The notes under the pieces are model-generated. The model was not told the origin of the DNA, did not search any database, and saw only the letters and a program-made list of their open reading frames with translations. Source: Octopus bimaculoides (Eukaryota). From it: a stretch of DNA of 58,513 bases. A program made the translations under genes and the position numbers. Positions within the stretch are counted from its first letter, which is position 1, and every line of letters starts with the position of its first letter. The stretch lies in contig NC_069003.1 in the NCBI RefSeq assembly GCF_001194135.2, positions 28,245,233-28,303,745 on the forward strand. Direction: 5' to 3'. This document shows, one piece after another, positions 27,000 to 39,972 of the stretch.

Positions 27000-27789
27000 N
27001 NNNNNNNNNNNNNNNNNNNNNNNNNNNNNNNNNNNNNNNNNNNNNNNNNNNNNNNNNNNNNNNNNNNNNNNNNNNNNNNNNNNNNNNNNNNNNNNNNNNN
27101 NNNNNNNNNNNNNNNNNNNNNNNNNNNNNNNNNNNNNNNNNNNNNNNNNNNNNNNNNNNNNNNNNNNNNNNNNNNNNNNNNNNNNNNNNNNNNNNNNNNN
27201 NNNNNNNNNNNNNNNNNNNNNNNNNNNNNNNNNNNNNNNNNNNNNNNNNNNNNNNNNNNNNNNNNNNNNNNNNNNNNNNNNNNNNNNNNNNNNNNNNNNN
27301 NNNNNNNNNNNNNNNNNNNNNNNNNNNNNNNNNNNNNNNNNNNNNNNNNNNNNNNNNNNNNNNNNNNNNNNNNNNNNNNNNNNNNNNNNNNNNNNNNNNN
27401 NNNNNNNNNNNNNNNNNNNNNNNNNNNNNNNNNNNNNNNNNNNNNNNNNNNNNNNNNNNNNNNNNNNNNNNNNNNNNNNNNNNNNNNNNNNNNNNNNNNN
27501 NNNNNNNNNNNNNNNNNNNNNNNNNNNNNNNNNNNNNNNNNNNNNNNNNNNNNNNNNNNNNNNNNNNNNNNNNNNNNNNNNNNNNNNNNNNNNNNNNNNN
27601 NNNNNNNNNNNNNNNNNNNNNNNNNNNNNNNNNNNNNNNNNNNNNNNNNNNNNNNNNNNNNNNNNNNNNNNNNNNNNNNNNNNNNNNNNNNNNNNNNNNN
27701 NNNNNNNNNNNNNNNNNNNNNNNNNNNNNNNNNNNNNNNNNNNNNNNNNNNNNNNNNNNNNNNNNNNNNNNNNNNNNNNNNNNNNNNNN
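27000..27789. other. Assembly gap (790 N); smaller gaps elsewhere (e.g. 2659-2758, 25874-25973, 45181-45257 and several 10-N gaps)
   Basis: Runs of n in the sequence. Confidence 0.99.
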
Positions 27790-28609
27790 AAAACCCTTCA
27801 ACTACTCATCTAAGAGAAATGCAATGTGTGTTTTTCTTCAGTGAGATCTCTTGGAAGCAGGTTTTTTTTTTTTTTTTTTTTTTTAATACTATGAAATTTA
27901 TTATTTGTAGTTTCAGTACTAAGCATTAAATCATTGCTTGGTGCAATCTGCTGCCCAGAAAAATCATGATTTCCTAGTCTTTTTATACCCTGACGACTCT
28001 TTTGCTGAACCGCTAGATTACGGGGACGTAAACACACCAGCATCGGTTGTCAAGCGATGCTGGGGGGGACAAACACACACACACACATACACACACACAC
28101 ACATATATATATATACGACGGGCTTCTTTCAGTTTCCGTCTACCAATGCTGAATTGTGGTACAGTATGGGCAGATTTCTGAACACCAACGAACATTTATG
28201 CAGATTTAACAATTTAAAAGATAAGCCTATTATAATGGATAATACTAAGTGGACTTTTCCTTTTTCTCTCTCTTTTTCTTTTTTCTTTGTGATGTAATCT
28301 TGGGACTGAAAATNNNNNNNNNNACTAAGTGGACTTTTCCTTTTTCTCTCTCTTTTTCTTTTTTCTTTGTGATGTAATCTTGGGACTGAAAATGTTTGCG
28401 GCCGAAGATAGCTTTAAACCATCCTTTATATCAACAATATATACTGATGTAATGACGGTTTGTGTATAAAGCTTGAAACACATGTACCGCGATATCCTTT
28501 GTGTTCTGTTTTCAATTTACGTTTGATATATTCTTTCACCTCTGCCACTATCCGGCATATACTGGTGCTTACACTTATCAAATATTACCTCTAAAATTTA
28601 CAGTACCTA

Positions 28610-28645
<36 letters not shown>

Positions 28646-28649
<4 letters not shown>

Positions 28650-29491
28650 GTCTGATCAATAAGTATCCGGACTATTGCCATAGTAATAAAGCTAAAGCAT
28701 GCAGAGTGAAGCCGCTTGACACAGATTGACCTTACTTCCGCTGTTTACAGCAGTGCTTGAAAATAAGGTGTGTAATGTGTGATCATTGCATTGACCATGA
28801 GAGAGAAAGTTGACCAGAGAATCTTCATCAAATTTTGCCAAAAGTTTGGCAATACATGCTCAGAGCCTATGCAAAGTTTTCAAAAGGTTTTCATTGTTCT
28901 TGACAATCAAGATCTTGTGCAACTGAAACCTGAATGTCTTTTTGGTCAGTTGAAAGCAGTTTTGGCACAAACTTCGCAGATACACGTCTCACACCAAATC
29001 TTCAGTGATAATGGACTGATCTGAACTGTAACTGACCTGCACATCCTCTGCTAATTCACAGATGGTAATTTGACGATTTCCCCTCACAACTACATGTACA
29101 TCTGTGATGTTTTTCTCAGTTCTGCTGGTTGCGGGTCTCCCAGGACGTTTGTCAATATCAACATTTTTTTCACCCATCTTGGAAACGTCTGAACCACTTG
29201 TACACTTGTGTGCAGCTCATATACCCCTCCTCATACACTTCCTCCAACTTTGCATAGGCCTCTGAGTGGGTGTCGCCATGGCAACTTTCTCTGTCAGGGT
29301 TAATGCGACTATCACACACTACATGCCTTCCTTCCAAGCACTGCTGTAAACAGCGGAAGTGAACTAGAATGTTAAAACTTAGTGCACATGCACAGCAGAG
29401 TTCAAGATCAACCTTTGCTAAGCAGCTTCACTCTGCATACTTTAGCTTCATTACTTTGGCAACAGTCCGGATACTTATTGATGAGACCTCG
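28646..29491. mobile_element. Non-autonomous mariner made of two inverted 5' halves (fold-back)
   Basis: Left end cgtggtctgatcaataagtatccggactattgcca; right end reverse complement cgaggtctcatcaataagtatccggactgttgcca, followed by TA. The plus arm encodes REKVDQRIFIKFCQKFG. The minus arm encodes DIDKRPGRPATSRTEKNI...ITICELAED...ITEDL. Both are mariner transposase N-terminal HTH segments. Confidence 0.85.
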
Positions 29492-29493
29492 TA

Positions 29494-29930
29494 TCTTTGC
29501 CTCCGACACTTGTGCAGCCGGGACCAGGATTTTGAGACCCAGTCCCAGTACCATGCCCGCTTGTTCATGGATCGAGGATACCCCTCAACCCTTGTCCAAA
29601 CCGCCCTTGCCCGCACTCGTCGAATTGATTGCAACACCACCCTCTCTCCTTCCCCACACTATTCCCCTCATCGCTTCCCCTTTCCTCTCCTTTTCCATCC
29701 TTTCACCAGAGGATCCTACAGGCCTTCCGTTGTCACCAGCTTGATCTCACCACCTGCCCCATCTTCTCCAACTCTCCCTTGTCCTCCTTTAAACATGCCT
29801 GAAACCTACGTGATCTACTGGTTTGTAGCACCTCCTCTTCCTCACCAGCCCCACCTGGATCCTTCCCGTGCTCCAGATCCCACTGCCACACCTGCCCCTT
29901 CATGACCAACATCACTTCACACAGGACTGA
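29494..29930 (+). mobile_element. Penelope-like element fragment (RT thumb to GIY-YIG linker)
   Basis: LRHLCSRDQDFETQS...FMDRGYPSTLVQTAL...R, then FSNSPLSSFKHA*NLRDLLV...PGSFPCSRSHCHTCPF; RxCS/RGYP/NLRDxLV/CxxxxCxTC signature; frameshifted. Confidence 0.8.
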
Positions 29931-30239
29931 ACATATACCCCACACACACACTCATACACAAATGTACATACATACACACACACATGCATACACACACATA
30001 CACATGCACACAATATATACATACACATGCACACACTCGCATGCGCACACATGCACAGGAATGCACTCATTACCTAACATACAACACCATGTTTTTAATT
30101 TATTATTATGTGCCAATAATTTTGTTACAGAACATTCTGTAATGTTGTCGGTCAGTAGATTTATTTTTAGATCTTTTAATTCGGATTGCTGCATAAATTC
30201 CATATTTTCCCCTAACATTTTATAAAACATTGAAAAATC

Positions 30240-31660
30240 GTTCAGTTTATTTAGAGCGTGGTTGTAGTTTTATGTATTAGCTCTTTACACTTCATTATGT
30301 TATGAATTTTAATCTGAAGTATGTTAAGACATCAGTGAAAGAAAATATATCGCTAAATACTTCTATTAAAATTACAAAATCATGATCTAATGAATTGTCA
30401 GAATTTATAGTGGTCTCACCCTAGGCTTCAGGATTTTCAATGATGTCTTCAGAAAGTCTTAAGAAATAACAATTTTCCTTTTGCAGTTATAATTTGATGT
30501 GATGAGTAAACTTTATATAATTGCTGTTGCTTTGGATGATATCTGCCCATACATTGACTCTTTTGAGTGATTTTATAAAAGATGTACCCTGTCCATTTAT
30601 TGTAGATAAAATATTTTGCATTCTTTCATAGGAAATGCTTGTAAGAGAACTAAATGTTGATAAAGATTGCACTGTCATCTTTCATCTTTCTTTGTTACCT
30701 TTGACTGCAACCAACTTAATTATCCTGCCATTGTAGCAACACCATTGTAGATTTTTGCAATTAATTTGTTTTCACACTGCCACCTTTCAATGCATTTAAA
30801 AACGTTTATATAAAGCATTTGCTGAACAGTCTCCATTAACGTTAAAACCAATGAATTGTCTTTCTAGCCAAACGGTCTTTTTTGTAACGTAATGCAAAAT
30901 AGTTGACCGGTGTGAATAATTGAATAAATCAGATGTTTCATCTGAAAGAATAGCAATAATTCTAGCCTGCTTAAGTTCATTTTCTATTTCATTCAACATA
31001 ACTTTTTGAATTGCATCAAACAAGTCATTTTGAATTCTGTATAAATTTGAGATGTCAACTGTATCTAGATGGCCTGCATTGTGCTTATTAAATTATAAGA
31101 GTTCTTTATAATTCTCGGGATTAGTGGGTTTGTAAAATTCAAAATAATCCCAAAACAATAATTCTTGGCAACCTAAAAAATTAACTGCATCAATCAGTCT
31201 TTGTTGATTGACTCTGTTTTGTTTAACTTCTTTATTATGCTGATTTATGATGCAAACATTCCCAAATGTCTTAAGATTTATCAATGATTTTATGTTCTTG
31301 AGAATGTCCATGTTTTATCCCAGCCATAGGTAGATTATTTAAATCACTGTAATCTTTATCATTCCAAACAGTTTTCATCTGAATTAAACAGCAGGCATGG
31401 CCAGCAAAATAAGTTAGCTTAGCACTTCCATTTAACCATTTTCTCTTTCATATCAATCTGACAATATACAATTCATTTCTTGTTGGAACTTCACAAATTA
31501 GTTAATTTTAGTGACATTAGTTTGTCATAATTTTTAATTAATAGTTTCTGTTCAATATTTATTTTTGGAAGACTATTTTTCAAAAGCTTTTTCTGCAACA
31601 CTTATATCTGACATTTGGACTAATATTTCAAAAGTTCAAAAGATAATAAAAAAAATTGAA
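30240..31660 (-). mobile_element. Decayed hAT-superfamily (ZMYM1/DUF4371-like) transposase remnant
   Basis: HNKEVKQNRVNQQRLIDAVNFLGCQELLF...NPENYKELL and NEIENELKQARIIAILSDETSDLFNYSHRSTILHYV...ERQFIGF...SANAL contain the DETxD catalytic motif; many stops; ends not defined. Confidence 0.75.
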
Positions 31661-32472
31661 GGTGGTAATGTGATTGTGTGTGTGGACATATGTATGTATC
31701 TTTTCTGTTAAAAAGTAGTACACTAAAAGTCAACTTGGATAAAATGGCAGATAATACTAGTAAAGCAAAGGGTTTAATTACCTAATGAATACAGTGAAAG
31801 AAAATGTAACTGTTTTCCTTTTGGGACATGAAATATTAATCAGAAAATGAATAAATCTTTGTTTCCACTATGTAAATTGTCTTTCTTGGTCTGCAAAGCT
31901 TTTGTGTCATAGTAATCTGATAAAATTAATGAGAATGACAGAAGTTTTTTGTGAAAAGGGCTGAATTGTCTAAATTTAATGCTTTTCCACACCTTTCACT
32001 TGAGGTCAATCAATCATCACTTGTGGGTCGATTACTTATTTAATATATCAAATATGAAGAAATGAGAAAAGTGTATATGTAGATAGGTATTTACAGCTAG
32101 ATAGAGGAGGGTAGTAAGAAGCTACATGCATTTCCAAAAATGCATGCCTTTTGGTGGTATCTTAATGGATTAAGAAATTATGTCAGGATAGAATTCTTTT
32201 TATGTGGAAATAATGCAACATTTCTTTGTATCTAGCATGACAGAAAAGTGTTTCCTTAGTTCGTCTCCCAAATAAATTCACTAATTCAATTTTCAATAGT
32301 TTTGACAACTTTCAGTGTATGTAGAGATAAGATACATATTTGAATTTATTTTTAGATGTATGAAAAATAAATCAACATGCATTGCATGACTTGCATATCT
32401 TGAGTACATGCTGCTGGTGTGTGTGTACATGTAGATATATATGCATAAACATGTGTATGTATATTCATATAT

Positions 32473-32615
32473 CATTATCATCATTTAATGCCTGCCCTTG
32501 TACAGTTTGACTGGAACTGGCAAGCCAGAGGATTGTGCCAAGTTCTATTGTTTGCTTTGCATTGTTTCTACTGGTGGGTGCACTTCCTAATGCCAAACTG
32601 TTCAACCTGTACCAG
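32473..32615 (-). mobile_element. Old RTE 3'-end fragment
   Basis: cattatcatcatttaatgcctgccc...gtttgactggaactggcaagccagagg...gtgccaagttct...ttctactggtgggtgcacttcctaatgccaa is a diverged reverse complement of the 3' ends at 5590-5735 and 15890-16041. Confidence 0.55.
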
Positions 32616-33007
32616 CTTGGAAGGCATACACTAATTGATGATATATGTGTGTATATGCACACATGTATATATAATTATATATACATGTGTATAGGTATAT
32701 GTAAATATTTATGCATGTATATATTTTTGTATATAATTGTATATGCACGTGAGTGCATGTTTATACTAAAATAAAGAAATTGGCTCATTAATTAGTTATG
32801 AATATTTTACTTTTACCAAAAGAAAACAATTTTTAAAATTGATTCTGTCTAGAAAATTTTTATAAATTCTAATTTTGATATAATTTGGAGAAATATTTTT
32901 ACTCATGTCTGCAAAAAGCAGCTTTGCAAATATCTGGGCAATCTTTATATTTCCAGAATAAGATTAAAGATGTTAAAAAACACTATTGATGTCACAACAA
33001 ATAAAAA

Positions 33008-33108
33008 TTAGTTGTTCTGATTGAAGTATGTTGCTGAAATCTTCAACAGTAAAAGTTACTTGAAAATTATATTTTTATGAAAACATATTCAAAGATATGG
33101 TCATAGAG
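33008..33108 (+). promoter_or_regulatory. Candidate non-coding first exon of the plus gene
   Basis: Strong donor GAG|gtaagt at 33109, ~770 nt upstream of the acceptor at 33878 that precedes the ATG. The start is a guess from an Inr-like TTAGTT at 33008. Confidence 0.4.
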
Positions 33109-33884
33109 GTAAGTTACCCTGCAGATGTGAATGTCTCTTCAAAAATCAGTGAGAAGGAAAATATCTGTGGATGAAACCAGCAACTCTTCTACACTGATTA
33201 TACATTTATGTTCATAACAATAATCATTGTCACACTCAGTTATGTTAGTAAAAAAACAAAAGAAAGAAAAAACTAGCTAAAACAAACTTTAAAGATACAG
33301 TCTGTGAGTGGAACAATAAAAATATGGAAAACTTGAAGTTCAATATGCAACAATTGTTGTTAGCTTAACTTCAATGATGAAGCTTTTGTTCCTTTGTTAG
33401 AAACCAGCTCTTTCATTCTGGAAAGAATTCTGATAAATAAAAAGAAAGAGCATACATATGCATGCTCACACACATGCTTACACATAAAGATACATCATGA
33501 TAAATTATACTTTCTTTTGAGATATCATCTATCATATTCATTAAATGAGATATTTATCTACCATGACACCATGATGTTTAGTTTTAAAAGGAGATATTCA
33601 ACCCGCTCTTGAAGCATAGAAGGATGGAATCCTATGAGTCATCCAAACAAAACTTAAAGTTTTAGTATTTTACCAACTACATAGTGCTTGTCCTTGTAGC
33701 ATTTAAGATAGAATAGCGACAATCATCAACATTTAAATTCACATTATTAATTAATCTCTATCACTTTCACTGACCACTCTAAGTTCAGCACAATTTCATA
33801 ATAAAAGTTGAATACTAAAACCAATAAACTAAAAATTTTAAATGTTTAATTTTATTTTTTACCATTTTCTATTTTCAGTTAATC

Positions 33885-33957
33885 ATGGGCCGGTGGCTAG
33901 AAATTTCCTGCTTTCTCCTCTTCCTATTTTATTTTAGTTCTCAAGACTCAGTTTATG
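33885..33957 (+). CDS. Start/signal-peptide exon of the plus-strand multi-vWA gene: MGRWLEISCFLLFLFYFSSQDSVY(G)
   Basis: Acceptor accattttctattttcag| at 33878, ATG at 33885 (aatcATGG), basic n-region, hydrophobic core CFLLFLFYF, small-residue c-region, phase-1 donor TATG|gtaagt at 33958. Confidence 0.85.
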
Positions 33958-34612
33958 GTAAGTAGATAGATGCCTAATATTTATTCATAGCATTTGTAGC
34001 ATAAAATGTAAATTGATGTACATTATCTTTAAAATGTTGCATCTGTCTCTCAATCTCTTCTCTCTATCTTCACTGTTAATCTCATAACTGACCTCCAAAT
34101 TTTTCACCTTCATGAGCGCCATCTACTTTTCTTGTGGCTACTTTTGCTGTCCATTCTTTTCTTGCAAACATAATGCACAACATTACAAATAGTGAAATTC
34201 CTAACATATACTACTTTGTTTCTTCAATCCAATAATATATTCTTGTGAGAAAGTGTCTCAAAGAATTCCAACTTGGATTTAATTATAAAATATTTTTTTT
34301 TAAATCACATCATTATTAAAAATTTGAGAGTAACATCTTCCCTGATTTCCTTAAGCTTCCTTCTCATAATTTTGGAAATGCCTTTTATGGTTATATTCTC
34401 TTTCTTTATGTATTTAGAGAAACAAATTAAAATCAATAATTGATATTTTTTATCAAAACAAATATAATGTGACCATTCCAATGAAGTTTTGGGAAAGTTG
34501 CTAATATCCATAGTTAATTTAGTTTTTAAGTTTTGTATTTTTACTTCAATACTATGAATTGCCAAAACGTCTATTCTGAATGTTTATACTAAGCTATTAC
34601 TAATTATTACAG

Positions 34613-34630
34613 GTAACAAGATTGATATGG
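34613..34630 (+). CDS. 18-nt microexon (phase 1-1), (G)NKIDM
   Basis: tactaattattacag|GT AAC AAG ATT GAT ATG G|gtaagt, with a branch-point-like tactaat. Confidence 0.7.
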
Positions 34631-36455
34631 GTAAGTACAATATTTTTCATTTTGTTTTATATATATTGTTTTGTCAAAATATAAAAAAAAACCTTTGGAG
34701 GTTATATTTACAATGTTAAATGTAGTTTATGTACCTGGCTATGATTTAACAAGTGTTTAAAAAGCATACTTTATAGTTAATCTTAATTCAATAGATTTCC
34801 TATAACCCTTTTTGAAATATCAACTTTAAACTGATTTCATCATTCTAAAAATAGGCCTGTATATGTTTGTATGTGTGTTTATGTATATATATCATTCAAC
34901 CATGGTAGTGGTTGAATCTATTCTTAAGTCCACCGTTTTGTCAATCACAGCTTCACCATTAATTCAGTTCTCAACTAAATTGCAAACTGTTAATAGTTTT
35001 TTAAAGAGGACACCTCCTCAGCTACACTTTGGCATAAATAGTTTGAGATTTGGTTCAGTACAAAAAAAGTTACATCAAAATAATTGCGACCTCAAGGGGG
35101 CCAGTAAGGTACATATTCATCTTCAATTAACATAAATTTTTAAAATTTTATATCTTAAATGATAGAAAATGCATGAGGAATTCAGAATCATTAGTCGCAT
35201 TGAACAAAAATTAGTAGAAAAATGGTTATGAGGTAAAATATTATGAAATTTAATGTCAGTAAGTAAGGAAGTAATGCAATAAGAATAAAGAATATATTTC
35301 TAAAATGAATGTTTACATTCTAAGGAGGTGTGCTGGCAGAAACGTTAGCACACCAGGTGAAATGCTTAGTTAGGGTTAGGGTATTGTTTCATTTGAAACT
35401 GTGTTGGTATAATGATGAACAAAATGCTTCAGCTTTGAGACTTCTAGGTGTTAGATTTACTTGAAATTTTTTCGAGCACATAGACTTATGTATAAGATAG
35501 TTACAGGTGTTGTGTGTGTGTGTGTGTTTTGGGGGGTGGGGGTGCTGCTTGAGAGAGAGAGAGAGAGTGTGTGTATAAATACACTGGTATTTTAGTGGTT
35601 GACAATATTTTAAATCATAAATTCTTTTATATTTTACAATAAGAAGTAACAATTTCAATACTTCAATAGTACCATTCACTTGTAACATTAACATTTTAAT
35701 AATTTTTATCTTGTAATAATTTTAGTAAGTCAGCAGACTGGCAGAAACAATGAAAATATCTAATAATGTTCATAGTTTCATTCTCTATATTTTATGTAAA
35801 AGTTATACAAAGCTTATTGAAGTATTATAGAGTCCCTTATTAAAATCTTTCACTAACTACTACTTTATTAACCATATAAACTTGATTTTTATTCTCATTT
35901 TTTTTTTTTATTGTAATAAACTTTATGCAAAATATGTACTTTGTATTGCCATTATATGTGCTTTTGAAAAATGCAAAAACATTGTAGGTCAACTAGTAAA
36001 ATAGCATAAGTTAAATTTTTTTGATAGAATTCAGTGTTAATGGTTGGATGCAAGATTGTGATCCCTTCAGTTTATTATCACAGTCATCCTCTGCTCCAAT
36101 AACAGATTGTAAACATTTAGAATTATAAAATATTTGCTATTGCCTATTGTCATTTGTATATGTTAAAAGGTAAGCGTAAATATCTTTTTAATAAAAATAA
36201 TCCATCCATATATAAGAATTACCTATGTATAAAATTATTAATCACTTAAATTACAAATCATTATTATTAATAGGCAAAATGTTAGTACATTTCTAATTGT
36301 TTATTACAAATACTGAAGTGTATCATTAAAATTATTAGCAATGTAGATATTTAACAAATTTCTTGAACAATTAAAATATTTTCATGGCTAAAATAATAAA
36401 ATTTTCAACCTTTTTTTCTTATAGTGTTATGTTAATGTTTTATTCTTGTTTACAG

Positions 36456-36476
36456 CTGGCATAAAAAATGCTAAAA
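36456..36476 (+). CDS. 21-nt microexon (phase 1-1), (A)GIKNAK
   Basis: tttattcttgtttacag|CT GGC ATA AAA AAT GCT AAA A|gtaagt. Confidence 0.72.
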
Positions 36477-36983
36477 GTAAGTTGGTATCCCTGCAAAAAA
36501 AAAAAAAGATTAATTCTTAAAATATATACTTCTCACAACGTCCAAAGCTTATTAAAAGCTTGAATCAATGCTAACACTTGTCTCATTTCAATATTGTTAT
36601 AAACTACTTAAAACGAATTTCTGAAGAATATCAAAAGAATATTCCATGATAAAAACAATGATACTAATCAACTAAACATCAGTGAATGAAAATGAAGTTG
36701 AAAATTGGAGAAAAAATATTGCTTTTTTCAACGTTTGAGTTAAAAAGATTTTGTCATATATGTTTATAGCCATTGTAACCAAAGTCTTCCGCTTGAATAT
36801 AATTTCATTCAGAATTTATACTAATTAACTAATTTTCAGTTTTTTATGAATTAATCTGAAATAAAAATTTTGCAATATAATTGCATATATGTGTGTGTGT
36901 GTGTGTGTGTGGATGTGTGTGTAGGTGTGTGTGTGTATATACATAAGTGTATATGTATATATGTGTATGTGTGTATACGTTAA

Positions 36984-38655
36984 ATTACACTGGTACGAGA
37001 CTGGTAACGATCGTGCTCGAATGGTGCTTTTTTCGTGCCACCAGTCAGTTGCTCTGGCAACGATCACACTCGGATGGTGCTCTTAGCGCTCCACTAGCAC
37101 GGATGCCAGTCATCGAATTTGATTTCAATTTCGATCTCACTTGACTCAACAGGTCTTCGCAAGCAGAGTTTAATGTTCAATGAAGGAAAGGTATGCATAA
37201 GTGGGCTGGTTACACCCCTGGCATAGGTCACGGGTTATGGTCTCACTTGGCTTGCTGGGTCTTCTCAAGCACAGCATTTTTCCAAAGGTCTCGGTCACTA
37301 GTCATTGCCACGGTGAGGCCTAATGTTCGAAGGTTGTGCTTCACCACCTCATCCCAGGTCTTCATGGGTCTACCTTTTCCACAGGTTCCCTCAACCGCTT
37401 GGGTGTGGCACTTTTTCACACAGCTGTCCTCATCCATTCTTGCCACATGACCATACCAGTGTAGTTGTGTCTCTTGCACACCACATCTGATGCTTCTTTG
37501 GTCCAACTTTTCTCTCAAGGTACTTACACTCTGTCGAGTATGCACACTGACATTACACATTCAGCGGAGCATACTGGCTTCATTCCTTGCAAGCTTACGC
37601 ATGTTCTCAGCAGTCATGGCTCATGTTTCACTGCCATGTAGCATAGCTGTTCATACACATGTGTCATACAGTCTACATTTTACTCTAAGTGAGAGGCCCT
37701 TTGTCACCAGCAGAGGTAAGAGCTCTCTGAACTTTGCCCAGGCTATTCTTATTCTAGCAGCTACACTTTTAGTGCACCCACCCCCACTACTAACTTGGTC
37801 ACCTAAGTAACGGAAGCTATCAACTACTTTTAGTTTTTCTCCCTGGAATGTGGCAGAAGTTGTTCTCTGCAGATTTTCAGTGTTTATTGCTCCTGAGCAT
37901 CTGCCACATACAAAAACTATCTCCCCAGTTAGCCTTCCATTGATATTGCTTCACCTCTTGTGTGTCCATAGCTTACACTGGGTACATCTTATAGAGTTTC
38001 TACCTACGCCATTTCTACAGATCGAGCAGGATTTGTGGTTTGTCTGCCTTCCTACTTATTAGGACTTTGGTTTTAGCTAGGTTGACTCTAAGGCCCTTCA
38101 GTTCTAGTCCTTGCTTCCACACCTGAAACTTCTCTAGTTCTGATAGTGACTCAGCAATTAGAGCAAGGTCATCAGCATAGAGGAGCTCCCAGAAGCATCC
38201 TGTCTTGAATTCCTNNNNNNNNNNACTCAGCAATTAGAGCAAGGTCATCAGCATAGAGGAGCTCCCAGAAGCATCCTGTCTTGAATTCCTCTGTTATTGC
38301 CTGGAGGACTGTGATAAATAGGAGGGGGCTGAGGACCGAACCTTGGTGGACCCCTACCTCTACCTGGAATTCTTCACTGTACTCGTTGCCAACCCTTACC
38401 TTACTGACAGCGTCCTTGTACATGGCTTGCACAACTCTCACTAACCATTCATCTATCCCTAGTTTCCTCATTGACCACCAGATAAGGGATCAGGGGACCC
38501 TGTCAAAGGCTTTCTCCATGTCAACGAAAGCCAGGTACAGAGGTTTATCTTTGGCTAGGTATTTCTCCTGCAGCTGTCTTACCAGAAATATAGCTTCAGT
38601 GGTGCTTTTCCCTGGCATGAACCCAAACTGCATCTCATCTAAGCTGACTCTCTCT
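36984..38655 (-). mobile_element. RTE-clade LINE, 5'-truncated, RT and C-terminal region plus part of the 3' UTR; intronic, antisense to the plus gene
   Basis: [28 protein letters not shown]...[14 protein letters not shown]; GVHQGSVLSPLLF; LLYADDLALIA; FRYLGD; QLHWYGHVARMDE...GRPMKTW...DRDLW. Contains a few stops and frameshifts. Confidence 0.93.
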
Positions 38656-38732
38656 ACATATATATATACATATATACATACACACACACACACATATATA
38701 TACACATATATACATACACACATATATATATG

Positions 38733-38776
<44 letters not shown>

Positions 38777-39119
38777 TATACACACATATATATACATATA
38801 TATATACATACATATATATATACATATATATACACACACATATATATATACATATATATACACACACATATATATATACATATATATACACACATATATA
38901 TATACACACACACTCACACAGAAAATAAAGTACTTATATTTACCTACATATATAAATATGAATATTATGCATATAAATATATGTATATATGTTTATATAT
39001 TATAAATACAGACATCTATAGATACACTATAACATACATAGTTTATATCCATATATATATATATACATTATATAATATTATATATGTATATATTCATACT
39101 TAAATTATGTACATTATAT

Positions 39120-39760
39120 GGTCACCGGTAAATTCCACCGCGGTAAATTCCACCATAGAAAATTCCACCAGGTAAATTCCACCATGGTATATTCCACCAT
39201 GGTAAATATCACCATAGGTGAAATTATTATTATTATTATTATTATCATCATCATCAAATCATTATTTAGAAGGGTTCCACAATGCTTTGTACTCGTCACT
39301 AACATCCACACATCCAAATTTGTGGAAACTATGCACTGCCCTTAAATCTGAGGAAGGATTAAGCCAGACAAAAATTGCGCACGTTCAACGTGGAGACTCA
39401 GCAACACAAAAAAAGACCTATCAGATTATTGATGCATGACTGAAGCTAGTTCAGTAATATCAAAATGAAAACCCTCTACAATTTTTAAGAAGTATTGCAC
39501 ACAATTTGTCTTAAGAAATTTTTCTTTAAATAAATTAAACTTTCTTATCCTACTTCACAATGTACTCGCTGTTATTTTTTATCCTATTGTTATAATAAAA
39601 TGTGTGCTAAAATTTAAACTTTTCTTTCTTTATCCCAAATTATATTATGTTTGAAGTTTTGTGATGAGTCTTTTTCATAGATTCTTGCTCGATAGTACAT
39701 TAAGGTGATCCCATCTCAATTCAAGTAGATTATAAAGATTATTTTCTATCTCACCTTCAG

Positions 39761-39802
<42 letters not shown>

Positions 39803-39972
39803 TAAGACTTGAGAGATAGATTAAATAACATAGGTATTGACCCATGGTCTAGAGAAACTGACCATGGTGATTATTAATGGGTGGAATTTACCATGGTGGA
39901 ACCGTGGTGAAATTTACCTATGATGAAATTTACCTATGGTGGAATTTACTGCGGTGGAATTTACCTAGGACC
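39120..39972 (+). mobile_element. Non-autonomous Mutator-like (MULE/Phantom-type) element with repetitive TIRs and 8-bp TSD
   Basis: Termini ggtcaccggtaaattccaccgcggtaaattccacc and (reverse complement) ggtcctaggtaaattccaccgcagtaaattccacc, with multiple ggtaaattccacc subrepeats. TSD cattatat at 39112-39119 and 39973-39980. Internal SNHYLEGFHNAL...HPNLWKL...EE...KKTYQ...FLRSIAHNL resembles a MULE transposase C-terminus. Confidence 0.82.

Noticed and set aside
26944-27929. Long ORFs of 271-313 aa
   Set aside because: They consist almost entirely of N-gap (X) residues.
28244-28393. Exact ~70 bp direct repeat either side of a 10-N gap
   Set aside because: Identical sequence flanking a fixed-size gap is a typical unmerged contig overlap.
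38151-38288. Exact ~64 bp duplication of the YADD region of the RTE
   Set aside because: It flanks a 10-N gap, so it is an assembly overlap artifact rather than a duplicated active site.
39120-39220. Array of short direct repeats resembling CRISPR
   Set aside because: Eukaryotic context, no unique spacers, and mirrored at 39870-39972; these are transposon subterminal repeats.
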